Assembly (NCBI GenBank): GCA_038087875.1
Contig: JAXLNO010000378.1
Coordinates: 1-39,413, forward strand
Direction of reading: 5' to 3'
Source of the DNA: Malacoraja senta
Taxonomy: Eukaryota
Length of the DNA: 39,413 nucleotides
Shown: positions 1 through 11,629 of the stretch, piece after piece
How positions within the stretch are numbered: the first letter of the stretch is position 1
Layout: each line of letters starts with the position of its first letter
Position numbers and translations under genes: made by a program
The notes under the pieces: generated by a model
Databases searched by the model: none
Seen by the model: only the letters and a program-made list of their open reading frames with translations
What the model was told of the DNA's origin: nothing

Positions 1-1134
1 CCATAACTTCTTAAAATTAAGAGAACTGAAAGATTTTTTCAATTATTATAGATTGAAGCATCTGAAACAAATATGAAACAATCTTACTGAGATGACATGA
101 AATTAAAGCATATAATTAGTTAGTTACCTAATTGTAGGTAATTACAAAATTCAATTACTAGATCTAAACATCTATCAATTTCTTAAGAATAGATTAACAT
201 TTTTAAATAGCCTGTGTCCAAATAACATTCACACAAGAATTCACAATATAACATAATTTTTAAATCTCATTGTCATGAATTTACAGGCCAAATGAGGAAT
301 TGAATGTTTAATACCTGTAAATTAATGGCCATTTAAATCATCTTGTGAGTGAGGTTTTCTGGAACGCGATCTTTTGGAACGTTGATTTGCGGTGAATTTA
401 ACCCCGTATCGGCATGAAAAATACTGCCGTTAGTTCGGGGAAAAGAATCACCGTTTCGCATGAAAAAATATGAATTAAAGGCTTCTTAAGAAGCACTTTT
501 ATACATTAAAATAACCACTTTCGTTTACCCTGTCCCGTGTGTGAAATCCGTCCCCGTTGTCGGCGTTGACGGCTTCAGAAGCTGATTTTAAAATAACTCC
601 AGCGCTGACATTGTCGATTTAATAAAAATAAAAAATACACAAACGCCCATAGGAAATATTTTTCAGCAAACGCTTGTAGTCCAACGAAATATAATACAGG
701 ACAAAGTAGGAGAAACCCGCGTTTTAACCCCCCCTTAAGGCGCAAAATCGCGCACACGGCCAATGGCAGAATTGCAGCGCCCGCTGAAGGTAAGTATTGT
801 AACATACCTACAAAATGCTGGAATAACTCAGCGGGTCAGGCAGCATCATTGTTGTTCATTGATATCCTTTTCAAGTACCTGTCCAAGCGGCTTTTAAATG
901 CTTTTATAGAACATATCTCAACTACATCTGACAGCTCATTCCATAAACTCACCACCTTCTTACTCACAGTCCTCCTCCACTGAGGCAGCCCCGAGGATTT
1001 TTCCGATCGATGAAAAATAAAAAGGTTATGAATGTTTAAAATTCTGAGATCAGCTGACTGGTCCTATCGCCTGTCAATCACCATGATGAAGGTAACGCCC
1101 CTTCTGCGGGGGGGGGGGGGCAGGAGTATAAAGC

Positions 1135-1470
1135 CAAATGGTATGAAATTGCATTTGAATTTGGTGGCCTGCACTCTGCTTGAAATGGTATGAAATTGCA
1201 TTTGAATTTGGTGGCCTGCACTCTGCTTGAAATGGTATTGAAATTGCATTTGAATTTGGTGGCCTGCACTCTGCTTGAAATGGTATGAAATTGCATTTGA
1301 ATTTTGTGGCTTGCACTCTGCTGAAATGGTATGAAATTGTATTTGAATTTAGTGGCCTGCACTCTGCTTAAAATGGCATGAAATTGCATTTGAATTTGGT
1401 GGCCTGCACTCTGCTTGAAATGGTATGAAATGAATTTGGTGGCCTGCATTCTGCTTTGAAATGGAATTTC
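1135..1470. repeat. ~45-bp tandem repeat inside the Helitron
   Basis: About 7 copies of aaatggtatgaaattgcatttgaatttggtggcctgcactctgcttg. Confidence 0.9.
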
Positions 1471-1477
1471 AAGGAAT

Positions 1478-1920
1478 AGCGTGAGTGAACTGCCAGCCCA
1501 CCAGCCATGAGTCAATCAACTGCCAGCCCACCAGCCCGTGAGTCAATCAACTGCCAGCCCACCAGCCGTGAGTCAATCAACTGCCAGCCCACCAGCCGTG
1601 AGTCAATCAACTGCCAGTCCACCAGCCGTGAGTCATACAACTGCCAGCCACCAGCCGTGAGTCCACTGCCAGCCCAACAGCCAGCCGTGAGTCAGTCAAC
1701 TGCGAGCCCACCAGCCCTGAGTGCTGAACTGCCAGCCACCAGCCCTGAGTGAGTGAGCTGCCAGCCCACCAGCACTGAGTGACTGGGCTGCCAGCCCACC
1801 AGCACTGAGTGACTGAGCTGCCAGCCCACAGCACTGAGTGACTGAGCTGCCAGCCCACCAGCCCTGAGTGACTGAGCTGCCAGCCCACCAGGCCCTGAGT
1901 GACTGAGCTGCCAGCCCAAG
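1478..1920. repeat. ~29-31-bp tandem repeat inside the Helitron
   Basis: About 15 copies of (g/c)tgagt...ctgccagcccaccagc in two sub-variants. Confidence 0.9.
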
Positions 1921-2265
1921 AATCCATTTGGCCCACAATGTCCATACTAGTCCTCTGGAAACACAAGAATCCATTCGGCCCACAACACCCATACTAGCGC
2001 TCCAGAAAGACCCCCCCCCCCCCACTAGCCACCAATATTGAATTGGTGGAGAGGTGGAATATTTGTGTTGGGGGACCAGCCCTCCTATGTGAACTTGGGA
2101 CCCGATGGGTCCCACTTCATCTACTGAAGAAATAGCTGTGAGTTGAAGACTAGAGGTTCTTAAAGCCCTTGCTATAATGCTGAGATTTGTGTTCCAGTGT
2201 GCTTTAACGTGTACCAACGTCAGAATTCCCACCTACCAAGCAAATGACTAAGTATATCCAGTTTA

Positions 2266-2570
2266 CTTACTTACTTACTTTCTGCCATTATGCCTCCTGG
2301 CATGTAGGGCAGCAACGAAGGTCCTCCACTCCTGTCGTAGTGTTGATTCCTTCGTTTCCGTAACATATTTGTTTTACGAGACAGGGTTGTTAGCCCTGTA
2401 CTCAACCTCCAACCTGGAGGACCAGTGGATCGCTCTTCGTCTCGCCTCTACCCTTTGACCTGACCAGCATGGAAGACCCTCACAGGAGACAAATCTCCCG
2501 CTGGCATAGCTCTAGGGGTCACTGAGACACACAAGCTCCCCGACCACGACAAGGTTGCAATCCAACAGGG
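2266..2570 (-). mobile_element. Short bipartite non-autonomous RTE-derived retroelement (5' UTR joined to 3' end)
   Basis: 15-bp TSD agtatatccagttta (2251-2265 and 2571-2585); (TAAG)n tail on minus. 5' part has RTE/BovB-like motifs CCTTGTCGTGG...GAGCTATGCC and GGTCCTCCAGGTTGG..GGGCTAACAACCC; 3' part reads WRTFVAALHARRH. Confidence 0.8.
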
Positions 2571-3384
2571 AGTATATCCAGTTTAGGACATATCAATACT
2601 ATCGAGGCTATTACCACCCAATCAATAAATTTCAACTATAAAACGCAAGCACATATAAGCACGTTACAGATAGGCTTTTTCTTACGTATTAAGCCATGGT
2701 CTATTATCCATTCTGGAAAGTAGTCCAAGAAAATTAAATCAGGCTTGAAATATCTGAGGATCTACTTTGGGGACGCAGGATAAAAAACAGACCGCAGGAG
2801 GAACTGACAAGGTCAGGAAGTACCTGTGGAAGGAAGTGGACGGACATTATTTCGGGTTACGTCCCTTGATGCCATTATAGAGTGAAAACTCTGTCCAGAA
2901 AGGAGACCAGCTGCTTGGAGTTAAGATCTTTTCTGTTCACACATACTATTACTTCTATTCATTGTCAGTGGAGTTCATGTGCAGGGTTATGAACAATTGT
3001 TTACCCTCTGCCTGGATCTGGGGAAGTCCATCTCACAGTGCAATTCTCTCTACCACTAGATGGTAGTATGGCTGCCTTTTCCTTCACTAGTGTGAGGAAA
3101 CGCTCAGTATATAGACAGCTTTATTCATTCTGTAAACTTGCTGAATTACAAGTGATTTTTGTACTAATGAAGTGTATGCATGTAGTACAAGATAAAAATG
3201 AATTAAAAGATATGAATAATAATGAATGTGTTCCAGTATGAACATTGAATTCTCCAGTTTTAGGTAACAACCCAACCCCTCCCCACTTTGTCTTCCCCTC
3301 TCTACCCTGTGCATCACCTGTAGGTGCAGCCATTTATCCCACTATCCCACCTCCCTTTTCCGTTCCCCCATCCTCCTCCATCTA

Positions 3385-4937
3385 CAGTGTGTTCAGAAAG
3401 GATTCTGACCCTTCACTTTTTCCACATTTTGTTACGTTACAGCCATATTTAAAATTGATTACATTCATTTTCTTTATCATCAAACTGCACACAATACCCC
3501 AGAATGAAGAAGTGAAAGCAGGTGTTTAGAAATTTTTGCAAAGTAATTAAAAGTAAATAACTGAAGTATTACATTTACATAAGTATTCAGACCTTTGCTA
3601 TGACACTCAAAATTGAGCTTAGGTTCATCCTGTTTCCATTGATTATCCTTGAGATATTTCTACAACTTGATTGGAGTCCACCTGTGGTAAATAAATTGAT
3701 TGGACATGATTTGGAAAGAGACACACCTGTCTATGTAAGGTCCCACAGTTAACAGTGCATGTCAGAGCAAAAATCAAGCCATGAAGACGAGGAATTGTCC
3801 GTAGACCTCCGAGACAAGATTATGTCGAGACACAGATCTGGGGAAGGGCATAAAACAATTTCTGCAACATTGCAAGTCCCGAAGAGCACAGTGGCCTCCG
3901 TCATTCTTAAATGGAAGAACTTTGGAACCACCAGGACTCTTCATAGCCAAACTGAGCAATCGGGGGAGGCTATCAAGAACCAGATGGTCACTCTGACAGA
4001 GCTCCAGAATTCCTCTGTGGAGATGGGAGAACCTTCCAGAAGGACAACTATATCTGCAGCACAATGAGGCCTTTATGGTAGAGTGGCTGGACGGAAGTCA
4101 CTACCCAGTAAATGGCACATGACAGCCCTCTTGGAGTTTGCCAAAAGGCATGAGAAACAAGATTCTCTGGTCTGATGAAACCAAGATTGAACTCTTTGGT
4201 CTGAATGCCAAGCGTCACGTCTGGAGAAAACCAGGCACCGCTCATCACTTGGCCAATACCATGGTGGTGGCAGCATCATGCTGTGGGGAATTTTTTCAGT
4301 GGCAGGAACTGAGAGACTAGTCAGGATCGAGGGAAAGATGAACGGAGCAAAGTACAGAGAGATCCTTGATGAAAACTTGCTCAAGAGCGTTCTGGACCTC
4401 AGACTGGGGTGGAGGTTCATCTTCCAACAGGACAACGACCCTGAGCACACAGCCAAGACAATGCAGGAGTGGCTTCATGACAAGTCTGTAAATGTCCTTG
4501 AATGGCCCAGTCAGTGCCCAGACTTGAACCCGATCGAACATCTCTGGAGGTTCCTGAAAATAGTTGTGCATCGACGCTCCCCATCCATCCTGACAGAGCT
4601 TGAGAGGATCTGCAGAGAAAAATGGGAGAAATTACCCAAATACAGGTGTGCCAAGCTTGTAGCGTCATATCCAAGAAGACTTGAGGCTGCAATTTCTGCC
4701 AAAGGTGCCTCAACAAAGTACTGAGGAAAGGATCTGAATACCTATGTAAATGTGATATTTCAGTTATTTATTTTTAATTACTTTGCAAAAATTTCTAAGC
4801 ACCTGTTTTTGCTTTATAATGGGGTATTGTGTGTAGATTGATGATTAAAAAAAGAATTTAATCCATTTAAGAATAAGGCTGTAAAGTAACAAAGTGTGGA
4901 AAAAGTGAAGGGATCTGAATACTTTCTGATTGCACTA
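3385..4937 (+). mobile_element. Full-length decayed Tc1 DNA transposon with ~210-bp TIRs
   Basis: TA|CAGTG start and CACTA|TA end; long inverted repeats at ~3385-3597 and ~4728-4937. Splits a Penelope-terminal-like repeat (3245-3384 and 4938-5225). Confidence 0.95.
3781..4724 (+). pseudogene. Tc1 transposase pseudogene (DD34E) with frameshifts and deletions
   Basis: ORF pieces: ELSVDLRDKI..HRSGEGHKTIS (HTH), WSDETKIELFG, FQQDNDPEH, WPSQCPDLNPIEHLW; 34 residues between the second D and the E. Confidence 0.95.
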
Positions 4938-5225
4938 TATATCCCATTCCTCTGGCTTCACATTTTGCTATTCTTCCCTCCTCACCCCTCTTGTCTTCTT
5001 TTCATCTCTGGCTTTTGCCCACTCATCTGCCAATCCACCTATCATTTGATAACTCACCCACACCTCTCTTCCAAGTTTCTCCCCCCAATATAATCAGACT
5101 GAAAAAGGATCCTGACCTGAAGCATCTCTTATCCATGTCCTCCAGAAATGCTGTCTGACCTGCTGAGTTACTCCAGCAATTTGTGTCTTTTTTTGTAAAT
5201 CTGCATCTGTAGTTCCTTGTGTCTC
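4938..5225 (+). repeat. Penelope terminal-repeat-derived interspersed repeat
   Basis: Pyrimidine tract, degenerate ctga..gaa motif, then tgctgtctgacctgctgagttactccagca. Same family as 30020-30310 and many other copies. Confidence 0.65.
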
Positions 5226-5414
5226 CTTTCATCCTTTTATTTTTTGTAATATGAACAAATTCATAAATATCAGCATTGTGTTGTACTGCATTGGAACAGA
5301 TGGATAAGTTTATATATCGTAAGGAATAGAAAGCTTTGAACGTAAAATTAGTTTAAAATATGTGTAATCTTCAGTTTCAGCAATGCTTCCTATTCAATTT
5401 TTGCTTCTGCATAA

Positions 5415-6109
5415 TCTATATTACTAAAAGTCTGATCTTGACCACTTCCTGTTCTGTATATTGATTTTAGAAAAAAAAAGCTGCCACTTATGGCTGTGAT
5501 TTTTGGCCATCTTACTCAGAGTCCCCCTCTGCTGCGCAGGACAAGAGGATTTTTCCCATCGATGAAAAAGAAAAGAGTTAATAGTGTTTAAAAAATGTTG
5601 AGATTCTCTCTCCTGTCAATCACGCCATAACGGCCACGCTCCTTCTGGTGGGAGGGGGGGAGGGACTATAAAACCCAGAAGTGTGGGCGTGGCTCAGTCT
5701 CTGCTAGATGGAGGAGAGGTCACGACTCGCTGTCTTTAGTGGCCTTGCACCCTGCTTGAAGTGGTAAGAAACTGCACTTGAATTTGGTGGCCTTGCACCT
5801 TGCTTGAAATGGAATTTCAAGGAATAACCGTGAGTCAACTGCCAGCCCACCAGCCGTGAGTGAGTGAGCTGTCAGCACAACAGGCTTGAGTGACTGAGCC
5901 GCAAGCCCAATAATCCATTCGGCCCACAATGTCCATTCTAGTCCTCTGGAAACCAGTCCCTTCAGCCCACAACACCCATACTAGTGTTCCAGAAAATGCC
6001 CCCCCTCCACTGGCCACCAATATTGGAATTGGTGGGGAGGTGGAATATTGCGTTGGGGGACCAGCCCTCCCGTGTGATGCTGGGACCCAACGGGTCCCAC
6101 TTAGTCTAG
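5415..6109 (+). mobile_element. Complete non-autonomous Helitron
   Basis: A|TCTATATTACTAAAA 5' end; hairpin TGGGACCC-aac-GGGTCCCA at 6081-6099; CTAG|T 3' end; inserted between A and T with no TSD. Confidence 0.88.
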
Positions 6110-8129
6110 TAATTTATAATTCTATTAATAATTTCATCTAAGACGTTCATGGATGGAAACAGTAAAAGTGACTCGTGGATGTTTAGATTTGAGGGAAATT
6201 GATGGGAATATAGGGAGAAGAGATTATATGGAAAGCTATTTTTTAATGCCATTGTTCTGTGAGTCAGCAGAGACTTGATAGGCTGATATTTTCTTCTTCA
6301 ATGGTGAATAGAAATATATTGATTATGGCTAAGTTGTTGATGGTATGGCAACGATATGTGCAAATTTAACATGACTGCATCCATGAACTTGGAGTTTCAC
6401 TCATTGTGTTCCCCTCAATTGTGCCATTTTAGTGTTGGAAGTCTTCCACGTGGCTGTAGAAGCTGTTATGGCTACAACTGTGGAAAGACTTCACAAAATC
6501 TGGTTGTCCCTTTCCTCTATATGAAATCTGGTAATGTGTGGAATTCAGTTCCATCCCCAGCTTAGGCTAACTCCCTTTACGAAATGTTGGCTGGCTTTAG
6601 TCATCACTGACTAGCTTGACCTTGTGCTAGTTACTCATGAAATTTGCCAGATTGCTATGCATTATGATTAGCAACAGCATAGTTTGTGCTGGCTGGTCAC
6701 TAAAGACATGTTAAGCAGAAGCCAGTTGATCAACCATCACAATTCCAGTTCACGTTTTTTATTGTGAAATTATTTACCCTCCTTTGTATTTTCAGACTTT
6801 TCTTTCAGGACGTCTCTACCATTATCCAATTTACGAATCTAAAACATCCTAGTAACTAACTCTACCAAATCACTGTGGTACTTTTGGTATGGCCATTCAC
6901 TAAGTATACTAATAACTGGAAGTTTGATGTGTGGAAAATGGCATGTAAATTCAATAGCTAAGAAGCAAAACAGTAGCTGTCTTGCATTTATTTTGCTCGT
7001 GGTGACCACATGAGTTTTAGAAATTCCCCTAGTGCGTTGGGATTGCATTTCACCAATGTCCATCAATTTTGATAAAATGGAAATCCAGTGTGATCCTGTT
7101 GATGATGAATTATGATAATAAATATGAAACAAAATATTGGATCTGAGAATATGTAATAAATTAAATTGAAAGTCAGACTTTTAACTTTTCAAGGATTGAA
7201 TTATTCATAAAGAATAATTCAGCTGATTTTAATGTTTATCAGGTTGAAAAATCCTGAAATATCTTGCAATTAATTTTTTGCCTTTCCTGCTGTTACGCAT
7301 GAAGAAATAATCATTTTATTTCCAAATATACGTTGTAACTAGCTTTATTAACATTCCAGGCGCAAATAGTTGTTATTTTACACTGATGGTTTATCCTCAC
7401 ATTTGATGCTATCACAGTAGAAAAAGGTGTCAGTGAATTGCTGGGATTGGTAATGAACTATGTTTGTTCTGTATGAACTAATGGATTAAGCATGTGAAAT
7501 CTTTCCTCTTATGGGATCATAGAATGGTTACAGCTTTCAAGAAGGTAATTTCAGCAATTGAGTATATACTGGCCATAGTGCAGAGCAATACAGCTAGTCC
7601 CAGTCCCCTACCTCTCCTCGTCACTTCTGGTTCTTTTGTCAACCTTCTTCATTCAATATCCCCTAATTTGTGACTCCCCTGCTAATATTAATATTTTCTT
7701 CCTATTCAATCATATGCTTCATAATATTAAACACCCTGTCATGTTTCCTTCCAGCCTTTGTTCTAAGGAGAACAACTCTAGCTACTTCAGTCTATCCACA
7801 TAAACAAAATCCTTCATCCCTGGGAAATCATTTTGGTAAGTATTTTCTACACTTATCAGTACTTTCATATCTTTAATGTGCCCACAATTCTCCGATTGTT
7901 GGCAAACCAATGTATTGTAAAGGTTCATCATGGGTCCTTTGCATATCGATTGCTCATTCAATTGAAAAGCTTTAATTTCAGAGAGAATCGAGGAGCTGAT
8001 TAGGTGCTGTCATCACTTTTTTTAAATCTCTTGTTAGTTTATAAAATGGATTATAATGGTCAAACAAATCTGAGGACATGATAATTGAAAATATGAAGAA
8101 TGCTAGATGAAAAAATCATATCATATTGT

Positions 8130-8230
8130 GGATATGGGGAGAAGGCAGGAACGGGGTACTGATTGTGGATGATCAGCCATGATCACATTGACTGGCAGTG
8201 CTGGCTGGTACCTTTCATCTATTGTCTATA
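8130..8230 (+). repeat. CR1 3' tail fragment
   Basis: Matches the 3' end of the CR1 at 29670-29785 (gagaaggcagg...gatgatcagccatgatca). Confidence 0.7.
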
Positions 8231-9057
8231 CCAGCATTTTATACTGTTTACCTCTTCTAACATGAAATAGAAACTGCAAGCTTGAAATTTGCTCTTATAC
8301 TTTGCTATGTAGAGATTTTGCCCAGTGTGTCAGTTTTTGTAATTGTTTTTCTTAACATCAGTTTTTAAATTACAAAGGATTGAGCATTTTTAAGTATGTT
8401 TAATTCAATTTCCCCACTCTTTTGCACTCGGTTAGGAGGAAGAACACTAACAGAAATGGGGGAGTATGGATCATACGCAGGCAGAGATTAATTTAGCTTG
8501 GCATCATGTTCGGAGCAGACTTGTAGACTGTTGGGGTCTGTTCCAGTGCTGTACTTACCTATATTTCTATGTTGGTCTGTTTTAAAAGCTTTTATGTATA
8601 TTTCTTAATTTACCATAAAACTAATCCTTACATAAATAGTTTAATACATTTTTTCAGTTATTTAAAGTCACATTAAAGTCACAGTAACAGATGCTGGAAA
8701 AGACGTCATGATTAAAATGCCAGCATTTGGTGATCAATTATTTTTCAGCTGTAATTAAAGTGCTTCAGGTTACAACTCATGGACATGCCATTGTTGTTAT
8801 TGAGAAATATGTTTTTTCAATGTTGCTTGGATGTGGCAGATTTTTTGGCAGTATGCTTATGAGTCAGCAGAAATCTGAGGAAAAGCGCATCACAAATTTG
8901 TGTAGTTTTTTGGGTCCAATTTGTAGCCAAATTACCAAATGTATCTAAACCAGAAACTTTTCAATAATAATGTAGCCAAACAAAATATGTTTTGATTTTG
9001 CATTCTATATGATCATTGAAGTAGAAAGTTGTTTAGTTCACAATTTTAGCATTTAAT

Positions 9058-9827
9058 AATACAATCACAATCACAATCATACTTTATTAGCCAAGTATGT
9101 TTTGCAACATATGAGGAATTTCATTTGCCAAGTCAGTCATACAAATAAAAAGCAACAGAACATATAAAATACATTTTAACATAAACATCCACCACAGTGA
9201 TTCCGCCACATTCCTCACTGTGATGGAAGGCGAAAAATAAAAGTTCAATCTCTTCCCTTGTTTGCTCTCCCGCGGTCGTGGGGCCTCGAGCCCTCCGTTG
9301 ACTCCGTTGAATCTTCACTCCCGTAGCCGGCGGCGTTTGGGCCCTCCGCATAGGGCCGATCAGCTCCTGCATCGGGCGGATGTCAGCTCCCCCGCGCCGG
9401 CGATCGAACCCTGCGTCGGGGGCTGGTCGAGCCTATGTGTTCGTTGGAGTTCCCGACTAGCCTCTCCCGAGACTGCGAGCATGATGGTAAAGTCCACAGG
9501 CCGCGGTTGGAGCGATCCCGGGCAAGGGATCAACTCCGATGTTAAGTCCATGCCCTGCGGGGGCACTCGAGGTCAGTCTGAGGAGTCCTCCAGTTCCATC
9601 TTTCCGGACCGTGTCTCCAAGGCTGCAGAGCGACTTGGAGACACGGTCCGGAAAGTAATCGCATCTCCGGCAAGGTAAGAAACTGAAAAAATAATTCCCC
9701 CTCCCCCCACATAAAACATTTACACAAACATTTACTAAAACTTTAAAAAAGCACAATTTTTTTATTAAAGACAAAAAAACAGACAGACTGTTGGTGGGGC
9801 TGCCAATTGTTCGGCGCCCCTGGTGGT
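9058..9827 (-). mobile_element. Non-autonomous retroelement with GC-rich body and Rex/L2-like AATAAA plus (GATTGT)n tail
   Basis: Minus strand ends aataaagtatgattgtgattgtgattgt. Related copy at ~31860-32260 (+) and a similar tail at ~27145-27275 (-). Confidence 0.6.
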
Positions 9828-10596
9828 CTACCGGTAAAGTTTTCCCAAGGTAAGACATCTGTTTCACAATAGTATCATTATTATATCATGCTTAAACATA
9901 GCATATAGTTTCATATATAGCTACCATTAGAATGTCGAACTAGTAACTTACTACTAGAAAGTATACTTGCCATTAAGTGCTGGGTGGGTTCAGCTGAACA
10001 GTGAAAACATTCTGAATATGATGTACGCATGGAATTTTGTAGCTATAGCCATTTAAATGGCTAAACACTGGCAATTCTTTTGGGCAGTACCAGCAAAGCT
10101 CAGCACAATCTGAATCTGGCCAAGTAATTTTACTGCAGACAAACACAATGCTAAATGTGTATATGGAAATAATTTATTGCCTCCATGTTTTTCCTTGTAT
10201 TTAAAATCGAGGTTTGAGATACATGTACGAAAGGCAATAGCTTGTTGGCTTTTTTGGGAAGGCATTTTGATACAGTGACAATTTAATGTAAAAACATTGC
10301 TACAGAGAGAAGATTTTCATATTAATCCCCTTAAGAACATCATGCATATAAGAAGAAAGTACAAGGCATTTATTTATTTGCAAAGTAATGTATCTGCATA
10401 TTACATGTGTTTTGCAGTATCAGCAAGTATACTCCTCCGAAGGCAAGAATAGGATTATTTGCTGAAACAGCAATCCTTGCCATCAGAATGTTCACAAAGT
10501 TGCGCCCAAAGAAGTTGCATTGGATTTATGTGCTTCTAAAATGTTAAAGGATGTTTATTTTGTTTATTCAGTGCTTTGTCGTCGTACTTTCCCACG

Positions 10597-11089
10597 AGTG
10601 AGTGGGTGAGTGAGTGGGCGAGTGAGTGAGTAAGTGAGGGTGAGTGAATGAGGTGTGAGAGTGAGTGATGAGTGAGAGTGAGTGGGTGAGTGAGTGGGAG
10701 GGTGGGTGAGTGGGTGTGAGTGAATGAGGTGAGTGGATGAGTGGATGAGTGGATGAGTGGATGAGTGGATGAGTGAGTGGGTGGGTGAGTGAGGGTCAGT
10801 GGGTGAGTGAGTGGATGAGAGAGTGGGTGGGTGAGTGGGTGGGTGAGTGAATGAGTTGTGTGAGTGGGTGAGAGTGAGTGGGTGCGTGAGTGAGGATGAG
10901 TGAGTGGGTGGGTGAGTGGGTGGGTGAGTGGGTGGGTGGGTGAGGGTTTGTGAGTGAGTGGGTGAGTGAGTGGGTGGGCGAGTGGGTGAGCGAGTGGGTG
11001 GGTGAGGGTTTGTGAGTGAGTGGGTGAGTGAGTGGGTGGGCGAGTGGGTGAGCGAGTGGGTGGGTGAGTGGGTGAGCGAGTGGGTGAGT
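10597..11089. repeat. Compound (GAGT)n/(GGGT)n microsatellite
   Basis: Directly visible; explains the THSP/HPLT ORF. Confidence 0.97.
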
Positions 11090-11629
11090 ATCTTTACTAA
11101 AGTGATGATACCCTAACATCACAACTGAATTTGAATCTGGCTGATGTAAATGTAGAAACAAAGACGTGTAGATGTTGGTTTATACCAAAGATAGACACAT
11201 TGCTGGAGTAACTCAGTGGGTCAGGCAGCATCTCTGGACAAACAAGATTTGGGGATGGAACAGAAGGGTTCGTGCCCAAAATATCACCCATCCTTCTCCT
11301 GCACAGATGCTGCCTGACCCGCTGAGTTACTCCAGTCACGGAAACAGGCCCTTCAGCCCAACTTGCCCACACCGACCAACATGCCCCATCTTATCTAGTC
11401 CCACCTGCCTGCATTTGGCCCTTATCACTCCAAACCTGTCCTATCCATGTACCTGTCCTAGTGTTGTGATAGTCCTCAACTACCTCTGCCGGCAGCTCAT
11501 TCCATACATCCATCACCCTCTGTGGGGGAATGTTTCCCCTCAGGTTGACATTCTCAAAGTGCACAATTTGTGAACCAGGGAGCTGGTGTGGAATAAAAAA
11601 TGGAATCTTGGATAGCAAAATAACAAAAT

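Larger units (their letters stand above)
956..2124 (+). mobile_element. Non-autonomous Helitron, 5'-truncated, with internal tandem expansions
   Basis: Collinear with 5415-6109. 3' hairpin TGGGACCC-gat-GGGTCCCA at 2096-2114, then a degenerate CTAC|T end (CTAG in the sister copy). Confidence 0.75.

Noticed and set aside
1064..2232. Multiple overlapping ORFs (also 10796-11161 and 13736-14089)
   Set aside because: Artefacts of stop-poor tandem repeats.
3034..3070. CACAGTG heptamer suggesting a V(D)J recombination signal, with the array as an Ig/TCR cluster
   Set aside because: No nonamer at 12- or 23-bp spacing and no V-segment motifs; the array translates as Penelope RT.
6796..6852. Possible short terminal exon after two tttcag acceptors (GRLYHYPIYESKTS*)
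   Set aside because: Too short to identify and no partner exons; needs RNA-seq.
7021..7115. Possible terminal exon ending ...CDPVDDEL* (ER-retention-like)
   Set aside because: Weak acceptor, no recognisable protein and no supported upstream exons; may be chance.
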